From: Elusimicrobiota bacterium
GTDB taxonomy: Bacteria > Elusimicrobiota > Endomicrobiia > CG1-02-37-114 > JAHJSO01
Assembly: GCA_043826435.1 (NCBI GenBank)
Contig: JBDRQF010000036.1
Location: 1-53,178, forward strand
Direction of reading: 5' to 3'
Length of the DNA stretch: 53,178 nucleotides
Shown here: in pieces, positions 1 to 9,567 of the stretch
Numbering within the stretch: the first letter of the stretch is position 1
Layout: every line of letters begins with the position of its first letter
Position numbers and translations under genes: made by a program
Notes under the pieces: generated by a model
Databases searched by the model: none
The model's input: only the letters and a program-made list of their open reading frames with translations
Told to the model about the DNA's origin: nothing

Positions 1-2254
1 TTTTCCCCATGCCCTTCCAGATTTCTTCGGATGTGTGCGGCGCGAACGGGAACAGCATTTTTATAAGATGTTCAAACGCCTCTGAAGACGTTCTGTCACC
101 TATGGCAGGATAGAGGTACAATTCATTTACAAGTTCCATCATGGCTGCAATGGCCGTGTTGAACTGGTATCTGGACTCTATGTCCTGCGTGACCTTCCTT
201 ATCGTTTGGTGGGTTTTTATCAGGAGTTTTTGCGAGACGGGCGCAGGGGCAGGCACAGGGGCAGGCGCAGGGGCGGGCACAGGGGCAGTCGCAGGGACGG
301 GAACAGGGGCAGTCGCAGGGACGGTCGCATCGGCCTGTCCGCCGGCAGGTTTACTGAATTTTTCAGCAAGGCGCCATGCCCTGCTGAGGAACCTGTAACA
401 ACCCTCCAGCCCATCGTCCGACCAGTCCAGTTGTTTCTCAGGCGGCGCGGCGAACAGGATAAACAGCCGGGTCGTGTCTACGCCGTATCTGTCTATGATT
501 GCGGACGGCTCAACCACGTTCCCCCTGGACTTTGACATTGCAGAGCCGCCTAATGTAACCATGCCCTGCGTCAACAGCCGGGTGAACGGTTCATCGGTAT
601 CAACAAGGCCTATGTCCCGCATGACCTTGTGGAAAAATCTGGCGTACATAAGGTGCATGCAGGCATGTTCAATCCCGCCTACGTACTGGTCAACAGGCAT
701 CCAGTATTTGCCCTTTTTAAATTCAAAAGGCGCAGACACGCCGGCGGGGTCGCAATACCTGGCGTAATACCATGAGGAGTCAACAAATGTATCCATTGTG
801 TCGGTCTCGCGGACAGCATCACCGCCACACTTGTGACATCTGGTATTAAAAAAGCCAGCAGTATTTTTCAGAGGCGATGTCCCCATGCCTGTCAGCGGGA
901 CATCCTTCGGCAGCAGCACCGGCAGGTCCTTTTCTTCAACCGCTAATGTCCCGCACTTCGCGCAGTATATCACCGGGATAGGCGTGCCCCAGTATCTCTG
1001 TCGCGAAATCAGCCAGTCCCTGAGCCGGTAATTTGTCTTTCTCCCGCCAAGTTTCTTACTCACAAGAAAATCAATTATTTTCTCTTTACCCGTCTCGCAA
1101 TCCAGCCCGGAGAACGCTCCCGAGTTAACCATAACCCCTGTGCCTTCGTAGGCAGCGTCACGTATGTTTGAATCAGATCCCCTGATAACCTCCCTTATGG
1201 GCAGGTTGTATTTCTTCGCAAACTCAAAATCGCGCTGGTCATGTCCCGGCACGCACATTATTGAGCCCGTGCCGTATTCCATAAGCGCATAGTCCGCAAC
1301 CCACACCGGGACATTTTCATCGTTCACCGGGTTTGTCACATAACTTCCGGTAAAAACGCCTGTCTTTTCCCGTGCAAAGAGTCGCCTCTGTGCCTTAGTG
1401 ATTTTCTTTGCCTCACGGACATATCTTTTTACCTCACCGGCCATTTCCTGTGTCGTAAGTTTTTCAAGGAGAGGGTGTTCGGGCGCCACGATCACGAAAG
1501 TCGCGCCGAAGAGAGTGTCCGGCCTCGTTGTAAAAACATTTATGCCGGAAAAAATCACCTCTGCCCCGTTTGATTTGCCTATCCAGTTTTTTTGCATAAC
1601 CAGGACTTCTTCGGGCCAGCCGTCCTCAATCTGGTTGTGTCCTTCAAGCAGTTCCTCTGCATAGGCGGTTATTTTCAAGAACCACTGTTCCAGTTCCCTC
1701 TCTTCAACGGTACTTCCGCAACGCCAGCATGCACAGGACTCAACCTGTTCATTTGCAAGGACGGTCTTGCAGTCAGGACACCAGTTTACGGCGGACGCCG
1801 CCCTGTAGGCGAGTCCTTTTTCAAACATCTTTATAAAAAACCACTGGTTCCATTTATAATACTGCGGGTCGCAGGTCGCTATTTCTCTTGACCAGTCGTA
1901 TGAAATACCCATCTGCCTGAGTTGTCCCCGCATGTATGAGATGTTTTCCCTCGTCCATTTTTCCGGGTGTATCCGGTTTTTTATGGCGGCGTTCTCAGCC
2001 GGCAGCCCGAAAGCATCCCAGCCGATGGGATGCATCACGTTAAAACCGTGCATCCTCTTGTAGTGAGAAATAACGTCGCCTATAACGTAGTTCCTGACAT
2101 GCCCCATGTGCACGTGCCCCGAGGGATAGGGGAACATCACCAGGCAGTAAAATTTCGGTTTATCGCCGAAGTCCTGAGCGGAGAACAGCAGGTTTTTTTC
2201 CCACTCCGCCTGCCAGTATTTTTCTATCTTTTTGAAATCGTAATTTAGATACAT
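1..2254 (-). CDS. leuS: Leucine--tRNA ligase (3' end runs off the window; absent from the ORF track)
   Basis: Manual translation from ATG 2254: [18 protein letters not shown]..., [12 protein letters not shown] (HIGH motif), TTRPDTLFG editing motif, [17 protein letters not shown] (KMSKS-type), [13 protein letters not shown]. Confidence 0.97.
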   Translation of the reverse strand, partial: MYLNYDFKKIEKYWQAEWEKNLLFSAQDFGDKPKFYCLVMFPYPSGHVHMGHVRNYVIGDVISHYKRMHGFNVMHPIGWDAFGLPAENAAIKNRIHPEKWTRENISYMRGQLRQMGISYDWSREIATCDPQYYKWNQWFFIKMFEKGLAYRAASAVNWCPDCKTVLANEQVESCACWRCGSTVEERELEQWFLKITAYAEELLEGHNQIEDGWPEEVLVMQKNWIGKSNGAEVIFSGINVFTTRPDTLFGATFVIVAPEHPLLEKLTTQEMAGEVKRYVREAKKITKAQRRLFAREKTGVFTGSYVTNPVNDENVPVWVADYALMEYGTGSIMCVPGHDQRDFEFAKKYNLPIREVIRGSDSNIRDAAYEGTGVMVNSGAFSGLDCETGKEKIIDFLVSKKLGGRKTNYRLRDWLISRQRYWGTPIPVIYCAKCGTLAVEEKDLPVLLPKDVPLTGMGTSPLKNTAGFFNTRCHKCGGDAVRETDTMDTFVDSSWYYARYCDPAGVSAPFEFKKGKYWMPVDQYVGGIEHACMHLMYARFFHKVMRDIGLVDTDEPFTRLLTQGMVTLGGSAMSKSRGNVVEPSAIIDRYGVDTTRLFILFAAPPEKQLDWSDDGLEGCYRFLSRAWRLAEKFSKPAGGQADATVPATAPVPVPATAPVPAPAPAPVPAPAPVSQKLLIKTHQTIRKVTQDIESRYQFNTAIAAMMELVNELYLYPAIGDRTSSEAFEHLIKMLFPFAPHTSEEIWKGMGK

Positions 2255-2255
2255 T

Positions 2256-2903
2256 TCACTTTATCTTTATTATCGACTGTGCTGCGTGCGATCTGACCCT
2301 CTCGTCCTTCAGGGCAAGCAAAAGCGCCGGTATGGCGCTCCTGCCTATGTTCCCGAGCGCTTCGCATGCGTATTTCCTGACGAGTTCATTTTCGTCTTTA
2401 AGGGATGCAAAAAGCGCGGCAACTGCTGACGGGTCGCCTATTATGCCCAGTGATATAGCGGATTTCATCCTTGCGATGGGGCTCGAGTCATTCAGCGACT
2501 TTATCAATGCCGGCACTGCAAGACGGTCCTTCAGGTGGCCGAGCACCCCTGCCACGGTAACCCTGACCTCTTCGCTTTCGTCGTTAAGCGTCGCTATGAG
2601 AGCGGGGACGGCCTGTCGCTCCCCTATGTGCCCGAGTGCTATGGCTGATTTTTCCCTGACATATTTTGACGCGTCCTTTAAGGCCTTTATAAGCGGGGCA
2701 ACGGCGCTCCTTTCCCCCAATCGTCCGAGAACCTCCGCGCTGACCGCCCTTATAAACGGGTCGGGGTCTTCAAGGGAGTCAACCAATGCCCTGGAGGTAT
2801 TTTTTTTGAGGGATGATGAAACATCTTCCTTCGTTTCCTTCCGGGAAAACCGGATGGTTGTGCCTTTTTTGAATAAAAATTTTGGTAAACTGATTCTCAG
2901 CAT
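2256..2903 (-). CDS. HEAT/PBS-lyase-like repeat protein
   Basis: About five repeats of AVxxLIxALxDxxxxVRxxAAxxLG; GAGGAG RBS. Confidence 0.9.
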   Translation of the reverse strand: MLRISLPKFLFKKGTTIRFSRKETKEDVSSSLKKNTSRALVDSLEDPDPFIRAVSAEVLGRLGERSAVAPLIKALKDASKYVREKSAIALGHIGERQAVPALIATLNDESEEVRVTVAGVLGHLKDRLAVPALIKSLNDSSPIARMKSAISLGIIGDPSAVAALFASLKDENELVRKYACEALGNIGRSAIPALLLALKDERVRSHAAQSIIKIK

Positions 2904-2911
2904 AAAGTTCT

Positions 2912-3194
2912 CCTCAGGATGCGTTAACCTATTAGTTCATTCGCACACTCTTTAAGTTGCCAACAACAATTAATAAAACATTCATTTGGTTGTTCATTTT
3001 TCCTCAGGATGCGTTAACCTATTAGTTCATTCGCACACTTTTCAAGTTACTGACAACAATTAATAACACCACCAGTTGGTCGTTTATTTTCGCCTGGGCG
3101 TCTCCCAAGCGTGCGTTAACAAGTTAGTGCCTTCGCAACGCTTTTTAAGTTGTCAACAACAATTAGTAAAACACTCATTTGGTTGTTTATTTTG
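2912..3194 (-). repeat. Three tandem copies (2912-3001, 3002-3092, 3104-3194) of a ~90-nt dispersed element (family 1)
   Basis: Copies 1 and 2 share 39 identical nt (tcctcaggatgcgttaacctattagttcattcgcacact); copy 3 aligns over its full length; further copies at 27640, 40335 and 11550. Confidence 0.93.
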
Positions 3195-3903
3195 CCCAAT
3201 GAACGAAATATTCAATATTGCCCGCCGCCCCTTTCAGGGGCGACTCTGTGTGCCCCTTGTATCCGAAGCCGGTTGATTCTGCAAAGGACATTATCTTTTT
3301 AAGTGACAAAACCCTCTTCTTTCCGTCGGTAACAATCCCTCTCCGCGTCCCGCCGCGCTCAACCTCAAACTGCGGTTTTACGAGTGCTATTACGTCAGCG
3401 GACTCCTTACAAGTCTCTTTTATTTTGGGAAGTATTTTTTCAAGCGAAATAAATGATACGTCTATTGTAACTAATTTCGGACATTCTTTCAAGTTTTCCG
3501 GGTTAAAATACCTGAAGTTTCGCCCTTCAAGGACAACGACCGCAGGGTTATTCCTGAGTTTCCAGTGGAGCAGCCCTTTTCCGACATCAACACAATACAC
3601 CTTTTTCGCCCCATGCTGCAGGAGGCAGTCGGTAAATCCCCCTGTGGACGAACCGACGTCCAGGCAGACCATTCCTTCGGGCGACACCCTGAAAAAGTTC
3701 AGCGCTCCTTCCAGTTTTTCCCCGCCCCTTGAAACGTACCTGCTTTTTGTTTTGAATGCAATTTCAGACGACTCCGGTACGTCCTTTGAGGGTTTGCTAA
3801 CCGCCTGTCCGTTTACAAGCACATCACCGGACATTATCAGGGCTTCTGCCTTGTGTTTGCTGCCGATAAGATTTTTATAAAGCAACAGTTTATCCAGCCG
3901 CAT
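3187..3903 (-). CDS. tlyA: TlyA family rRNA 2'-O-methyltransferase
   Basis: S4 domain RLD, YVSRGGEKL, LDVGSSTGGFTDCLLQ, DVSFISL, LVKPQFE, GNIEY. Confidence 0.95.
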   Translation of the reverse strand: MRLDKLLLYKNLIGSKHKAEALIMSGDVLVNGQAVSKPSKDVPESSEIAFKTKSRYVSRGGEKLEGALNFFRVSPEGMVCLDVGSSTGGFTDCLLQHGAKKVYCVDVGKGLLHWKLRNNPAVVVLEGRNFRYFNPENLKECPKLVTIDVSFISLEKILPKIKETCKESADVIALVKPQFEVERGGTRRGIVTDGKKRVLSLKKIMSFAESTGFGYKGHTESPLKGAAGNIEYFVHWAK

Positions 3904-5770
3904 ACCAATCTTTTATTCTCTGCGCAATCCCGCCCGCAGTAAGGCGGTATTTCTCCCTGAGGACGTCTGGCGGGCCGTGCTCAATGAACCTGTCGGGCAG
4001 CCCGACCACAAGTATCCTTGTACCGGTATTTGACAGGGCTTCGCACACGCCGCTGCCGAACCCGCCGCAGACGACGTTTTCCTCTACGGTTACAATCCTT
4101 TTTATTTTACCTGCGACAGACAAGAAAAGTCCGGTGTCAAGGGGCTTCAGGAATATTGAATTTATGACCCCGCAGGAGATGTTGTCCCTTTCAAGAATTT
4201 CCGCTGCTTTGAGTGACGGGTCAACCATGTTGCCTATTGCAAAAATACACATATCCCTGCCTTCACGCAGGACTTCAGCCCTGCCTGTCTCAAGCGTCTT
4301 CATCTCACTGCCCGGGAGGGTAGCGCATGCCTTTCCCCTCGGGTAGCGGACAGCAACTGGCCGGTTGAGTTTGAATGCAGTCCAGAGAGCATCCCTGAGT
4401 TGCATTTCATCCCTGGGCGCCAGAACGACAATGTCCGGTATTGACCTCAAATATGAAAGGTCAAATATACCCTGGTGGGTCTTGCCGTCTTCACCGACTA
4501 TACCCGCCCTGTCAATGGCGAACACCACCGGAAGGCCCTGCAGGGCTATGTCATGGATTATCTGGTCGTACGCCCTCTGAAGGAATGTTGAGTATATGGC
4601 GACCACAGGCCTCATCCCAGCGGCAGAAAGGCCTCCCGCGAAAGTGACTGCGTGTTGTTCGGCGATTCCCACGTCAAAGAACCTGTCGGGGAACTCCTTT
4701 GCGAACAAATAAAGCCCGGTCCCTTCGGACATAGCCGCTGTTACTGCAACTATCCTGTTGTCCCGGCGCGCAAGTTCAATGAGTGTACTGGCGAACACCT
4801 CGGTGTATGTAATTGAAGGTTTCTCACCCGGGGGGCATTTTGTGAGGGACATGCCGGTTTCAATTTCAAACTTCGTCGCCCCATGGAATTTTATCGGGTC
4901 CTGTTCAGACGGTTTGTATCCCTTGCCCTTTTTTGTTATTACGTGCAGCACCACCGGCCCGCTGTAGTCCTTTATTTTCTGCAGTATCTCAATCAAAGAA
5001 AAAAGGTCGTGGCCGTCAATGGGCCCGAGGTAGGCAAATCCCATTTCCTCAAAAAGCATTCCGGGGAATAACAGTAGTTTAAACCTCTTTGCCACTCTCA
5101 GAAGGAACATCCCCACGTACTGTATCCTCCTCAGGAAGGTCTCTATGTTTTTCTCTATCTTCCTGACGAGCCCGAAGGTGAGAATCCGCGCTAAATAGCC
5201 GGCTATCGCACCCACCCTGTGGGAGATAAACATTTCATTGTCATTGAGTATTACGAGTAAATCGGTCTTGAGGTGGCCGGCATTGTTCAACCCTTCAAAT
5301 GCAATGCCTCCCGTTATTGAACCGTCGCCTATTACTGCGATCACCTTGTGGTTTTCCTTTTTCATATCCCTTGCGACGGCGAACCCGAGGGCGGCGGATA
5401 TGGCGGTTGATGAATGCCCGACGCCGAAACAATCATAGGGGGACTCTTCCCTTGACGGAAAACCGCTTATGCCCCCGCTCTGCCTGAGCGAAGAAAATCG
5501 TTTAGCCCTGCCGGTAAGCAGTTTGTGGGCGTATGCCTGGTGTCCCACATCGTATAAAATCTTGTCTTCGGGCGAATTAAATACGCGGTGGAGAGATACT
5601 ATCAACTCTACCGCTCCTATGCTTGAGGCAAGGTGGCCGCCTGTTTTTGAAACGGTTGAAATTATTTCATCCCGGACTTCATCAACCAGTTTTAGCAGGT
5701 CCTTTTTATTAAGCGCTTTCAGGTCGGACGGTTTTTCAATGCCGTCAAGTATGCGCCGGTCTGTATCCAT
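3890..5770 (-). CDS. dxs: 1-deoxy-D-xylulose-5-phosphate synthase
   Basis: GGHLASS, DVGHQAYAHK, GDGS...N TPP motif, DVGIAEQHAV, DRAG, DGKTHQG. Confidence 0.98.
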   Translation of the reverse strand: MDTDRRILDGIEKPSDLKALNKKDLLKLVDEVRDEIISTVSKTGGHLASSIGAVELIVSLHRVFNSPEDKILYDVGHQAYAHKLLTGRAKRFSSLRQSGGISGFPSREESPYDCFGVGHSSTAISAALGFAVARDMKKENHKVIAVIGDGSITGGIAFEGLNNAGHLKTDLLVILNDNEMFISHRVGAIAGYLARILTFGLVRKIEKNIETFLRRIQYVGMFLLRVAKRFKLLLFPGMLFEEMGFAYLGPIDGHDLFSLIEILQKIKDYSGPVVLHVITKKGKGYKPSEQDPIKFHGATKFEIETGMSLTKCPPGEKPSITYTEVFASTLIELARRDNRIVAVTAAMSEGTGLYLFAKEFPDRFFDVGIAEQHAVTFAGGLSAAGMRPVVAIYSTFLQRAYDQIIHDIALQGLPVVFAIDRAGIVGEDGKTHQGIFDLSYLRSIPDIVVLAPRDEMQLRDALWTAFKLNRPVAVRYPRGKACATLPGSEMKTLETGRAEVLREGRDMCIFAIGNMVDPSLKAAEILERDNISCGVINSIFLKPLDTGLFLSVAGKIKRIVTVEENVVCGGFGSGVCEALSNTGTRILVVGLPDRFIEHGPPDVLREKYRLTAGGIAQRIKDWYAAG

Positions 5771-6619
5771 TCAATTTTTCCTTTTCACAACGAAGTCGGC
5801 AAGGTGCAGGATTAGAGACGCCTTTCTGCCGAAAACCCTGATGTCGTTTTTTGCGGAACTTATAAGTTTCTCCGCCCTGCGTCTTGAACCCTGGACGCCG
5901 AAGACGCCCGTATATGTAAGCCGGTCCGTATCGTTATCAAATATGTCGTCGGTAATCTGGAATGCAAGCCCTATTTTTTTTCCGAAGCGGCCAAGCGCTC
6001 TGAATCTTTTGCCGGAAACGCCTGCGAGCGCCCCCGCAGACGTGATACTGGCGCATAACAGCGCCCCTGTCTTAAGGTTGTGTATATAATTGAGTAGTTT
6101 TTTTGAATCGGATGCATTCAGTCGGGAGGCATCAAAGAAGGTATCGGCAATCTGTCCGCCTATCATCCCGTTCACTCCGGCTGCTCGGGAGAGTATCCGG
6201 CTTACATCCGGGTTGTCTGCGACCAGTCCAAAAGCCATCGTAAGGAGAGCATCACCGGTCAGCACCGCTATCCCTTCGCCGAATTTTTTGTGGGTTGACG
6301 GCTTCCCCCTGCGGAAATCGTCGTTATCCATTGACGGTAAATCATCATGGACAAGCGAATAGCAGTGGACAAGTTCAATTGCGCAGGCGACAGGGATCGC
6401 ATGCTTTACCGGAATGCCGCACATATCTGCGGTTGCAAGGGTCAGCAGGGGCCTTATCCTTTTGCCGCCCGGGAATACGGAATATCTCATCGCAGAATGG
6501 ACGACTGATGAAAACCTGTTGTTTCCCGTTCCCAGGTAACCGGCGAGCCGCCTGTTTATGAATTTCTTAAGTTGTGACGCTTTCTTTTCCAATATCCTTT
6601 TATTTTTGCCGGTGTCCAT
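5771..6619 (-). CDS. ispA: Polyprenyl (farnesyl/geranylgeranyl) diphosphate synthase
   Basis: GGKRIRP, SLVHDDLPSMDNDDFRRGKP, FQITDD motifs; adjacent to dxs. Confidence 0.93.
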   Translation of the reverse strand: MDTGKNKRILEKKASQLKKFINRRLAGYLGTGNNRFSSVVHSAMRYSVFPGGKRIRPLLTLATADMCGIPVKHAIPVACAIELVHCYSLVHDDLPSMDNDDFRRGKPSTHKKFGEGIAVLTGDALLTMAFGLVADNPDVSRILSRAAGVNGMIGGQIADTFFDASRLNASDSKKLLNYIHNLKTGALLCASITSAGALAGVSGKRFRALGRFGKKIGLAFQITDDIFDNDTDRLTYTGVFGVQGSRRRAEKLISSAKNDIRVFGRKASLILHLADFVVKRKN

Positions 6620-6636
6620 TTTTTTAATGCACTTTC

Positions 6637-7416
6637 CTATTTTTTGATTCTTTCAATGCCGGACGCTTTCCCCGTCTTTTCATCTATCTCAACGATGCAC
6701 CCGTTGAAAATAACCGGGCCTTTCGCAACACTAAATCTGTAAGGCAGGGATGTGAGGTATTTCTTGAGAATAATCTCTCTGTCCATCCCTATGACCCCGT
6801 CGCCCGGGCCTGTCATCCCGGTATCGGTTATATATGCGGTACCGTCGGGCAGAACCCTTTCGTCCGCTGTCTGGACGTGCGTGTGAGTGCCCATGACGGC
6901 GCTGACCTTACCGTTTAAAAACCATCCCATCGCCTGTTTCTCGGAGGTTATTTCCGCGTGAAAATCAACGAAGATATTTTTTGTTTCCTGGCTGATTGAG
7001 TCAAGGATTTTTTCAGCCGTCCTGAAGGGGCAATCAATCAGCGCCGGGATGAATACTCTGCCCATCAGATTTATGACGGCTATTTTCCCGCATTCTTCCC
7101 CCGGGATGTCGTAAACACCCCACCCTTTTCCGGGCACCCCCGGGGGGTAGTTCGCAGGCCTGAGTATCCTTTTGTCGGGGGTAAGCAGGTCAACTTCCTT
7201 TCTGTCAAAAGTGTGGTTGCCCATCGTCAGCACGTTCACCCCGTATGAAAAAATTTCATCAGCCGTATTCCGGGTAAGCCCCCTGCCGCCGGCAGCGTTC
7301 TCGCCATTCGCGACCGTGAAATTTATGTTGTTGTCCGCAATGATACCGGGTAACAGGTCCTTAAGCATGGTCCTGCCCGGCTCACCTACTATGTCCCCTA
7401 CGAAAAGCAGTTTCAT
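6637..7416 (-). CDS. ymdB: YmdB/TIGR00282 metallophosphoesterase
   Basis: GDIVG, NGENAAGG, GNH, DFHAEITSEK, GTHTHV; follows rny. Confidence 0.93.
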   Translation of the reverse strand: MKLLFVGDIVGEPGRTMLKDLLPGIIADNNINFTVANGENAAGGRGLTRNTADEIFSYGVNVLTMGNHTFDRKEVDLLTPDKRILRPANYPPGVPGKGWGVYDIPGEECGKIAVINLMGRVFIPALIDCPFRTAEKILDSISQETKNIFVDFHAEITSEKQAMGWFLNGKVSAVMGTHTHVQTADERVLPDGTAYITDTGMTGPGDGVIGMDREIILKKYLTSLPYRFSVAKGPVIFNGCIVEIDEKTGKASGIERIKK

Positions 7417-7417
7417 G

Positions 7418-8992
7418 TTATTTTGCCGTCTCTTGTGCGCGTGTTTCTCTTATAACGACCACCTTTACCTGGCCGGGGTATTCCATTTCCTTTTCAATCT
7501 TTTTTGCAATATCCTTCGCAAGCAGATAAGTCCCGGAGTCGTCAATGTCTTCCGGTTCCACCAGTACCCTTATTTCCCTGCCTGCCTGTATTGCATACGC
7601 CTGTATTACGCCGCGGAAACCCATTGCCGCTTTTTCAAGTTTTTCAAGACGCTTTATATAATGTTCGGCCGACTCCCTGCGGACACCGGGTCGGGATGCG
7701 GATATTGCATCTGCGGCCGCCAGGATAAACGCCTCTATGCTCTCCGGATGTGCGAGCCCTTCGTGGTGCGAAAGTATCGCATTGATCATTTTTGCCGACT
7801 CACCGTATTTTTGCGCCAGGTCAGCCGAAATCTGGTGATGCGTGCCTTCCATGTCGTGGTCAACCCCTTTGCCAATATCGTGCAGGAGGGCGGCTCTTTT
7901 GCAGAAGTTTATGTCCGCTCCCATCTCTCCCGCGAGTGCGCCCGATAGCCACGCGACTTCCATCGTGTGCTGTAACTGGTTCTGCCCATAAGACGTCCTT
8001 AGTTTAAGTTTCCCCAGGAGTTTCATGACTTCGGTTGAAAGCCCCACGACACCGAGTTCTATGGCTGCCTTTTCACCCGTTTCCTTAAGGGTGTTTTCCA
8101 GTTCCTGTTTTGTTTTGTTCACGACCTCTTCCACCCTTGCAGGGTGTATCCTGCCGTCGGCAAGGAGTTTGTCCATTGACAACCGGGCTATTTCCCTTTT
8201 TACGGGGTCAAAGCAGGATATAGTTATTGTCTCAGGCGTGTCATCAACTATCAAATCAACCCCGGTCGCCTGTTCAAAAGCCCTTATGTTTCTTCCCTCC
8301 CTGCCTATGACGCGTCCTTTCAGTTCGTCGTTCGGTATGGGGATGGTCGTAGTCGTTGTGTCCGATGTGTAGTCGGCGGCAATCTTCTGTATTGCCGTTG
8401 CAAGTATTTCCTTCGCCTTTCTTTCCGCCGTTTCTCTTGCTTCCTGTTCAATACTCCTTGAGATAAGGGCTGACTCCCTCTTTGCTTCATCCGTAAAATT
8501 CTGCAGAAGTATCTTTTTCGCCTCCTCGGCGGTCATACCTGCAATCCTCTCAAGTATCTGCCGTTGTTCGTCGCGGTTTTTTTCAACCGCCGCCAGTTCG
8601 TCTTGCAGTTTTTTCTCCTTCAGTTTCAATCCCTTGTCCCTCTCCTGGAGGTCTCTTTCCTTGCGTTCAAGGATATCAACTTTTCTTTCAAGGTTTCCCT
8701 CTTTCTGTTCAAGCCGTTTCTCCCAGGAAGAAATCTCGTGTTTCCTGTCACGGAATTCCTTCTCCAGTTCACGGCGGTCCCTTTCGGACGATTCTTTCAC
8801 TTCAAGCAGTTTTTCCTTCTTCAGGGCTTCTGCTTTTGTGTGCGCATCCGATATTATTTTTTTTACAAACGTTTCGGCTGATGATAACGTAGCCCTGGCC
8901 AGGACAATCCTGACAACGTAACCGATTGCAATACCTGCCAGACCGCATGCCGCGGCAAGCGTGATATTCAAGAATGTGGTGTCCGAAAACAT
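7418..8992 (-). CDS. rny: Ribonuclease Y
   Basis: N-terminal TM helix, coiled coil, KH domain (KGRVIGREGRNIR), HD domain (LLHDIGK), AIQAGREIRV. Confidence 0.97.
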   Translation of the reverse strand: MFSDTTFLNITLAAACGLAGIAIGYVVRIVLARATLSSAETFVKKIISDAHTKAEALKKEKLLEVKESSERDRRELEKEFRDRKHEISSWEKRLEQKEGNLERKVDILERKERDLQERDKGLKLKEKKLQDELAAVEKNRDEQRQILERIAGMTAEEAKKILLQNFTDEAKRESALISRSIEQEARETAERKAKEILATAIQKIAADYTSDTTTTTIPIPNDELKGRVIGREGRNIRAFEQATGVDLIVDDTPETITISCFDPVKREIARLSMDKLLADGRIHPARVEEVVNKTKQELENTLKETGEKAAIELGVVGLSTEVMKLLGKLKLRTSYGQNQLQHTMEVAWLSGALAGEMGADINFCKRAALLHDIGKGVDHDMEGTHHQISADLAQKYGESAKMINAILSHHEGLAHPESIEAFILAAADAISASRPGVRRESAEHYIKRLEKLEKAAMGFRGVIQAYAIQAGREIRVLVEPEDIDDSGTYLLAKDIAKKIEKEMEYPGQVKVVVIRETRAQETAK

Positions 8993-9567
8993 GTTTTCAC
9001 CCCTTTTTCAGTAATAATTTTTTTAACCCGGACGTCTTTGTTCCCAAAAGGAATTTTCCTCAGGACCTGGAATTCAAATCCAACGCCTATCCTTTTTGAC
9101 AGCGGTATATTCTTCAAAAAACCGTCATAGAAACCGCCGCCGTACCCGATCCGGTTACCTGCCCCGTCAAAAGCCACAGCCGGGACAAACACGAGGTCTA
9201 TCTTTCTGTCCGGGACGATATTTTCCCTTTTATACGGTTCCCTTATACCCCATACGCCTTCCCTTAAATCATCCTCCGGACTCTCAATCCGGATTGGCAG
9301 CAGCTTATTTTTACCCCTGCCTTTTTCAACCTTCGGCAGGACTACATTCTTTTGCATCAGGAGAGATTTTTTTATGATGGGTAACGTATCCGGTTCCGAA
9401 CGCCATGAGGCGAAAAACATTACTGTATTCGCCCTGCCGAACTCGTCAAGTGCAACGATGTTTTGTGTAATCCTTTTGCTTTTTACTTTTCTTTTAAGTG
9501 CAGACATTTTATCTCTTAGTCGTATTATGTTATTTCTTATTGTTTTCTTTTTCGCTGTCTTTTTCAT
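8968..9567 (-). CDS. ygfA: 5-formyltetrahydrofolate cyclo-ligase
   Basis: VPAVAFD..GNRIGYGGGFYD motif. Confidence 0.93.
   Translation of the reverse strand: MKKTAKKKTIRNNIIRLRDKMSALKRKVKSKRITQNIVALDEFGRANTVMFFASWRSEPDTLPIIKKSLLMQKNVVLPKVEKGRGKNKLLPIRIESPEDDLREGVWGIREPYKRENIVPDRKIDLVFVPAVAFDGAGNRIGYGGGFYDGFLKNIPLSKRIGVGFEFQVLRKIPFGNKDVRVKKIITEKGVKTCFRTPHS

Noticed and set aside
141..535. Gly/Ala- and Arg/Gly-rich plus-strand ORFs
   Set aside because: Alternative-frame readings of the leuS Pro/Ala repeat
520..560. AMSKS instead of KMSKS in LeuRS
   Set aside because: The catalytic second Lys is retained and first-position variants are known; not evidence of inactivation
2912..3194. CRISPR array or integron attC array
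   Set aside because: Units are similar over their whole 90 nt (no unique spacers), no cas or integrase gene in the window, no RYYYAAC/GTTRRRY-bounded cassettes
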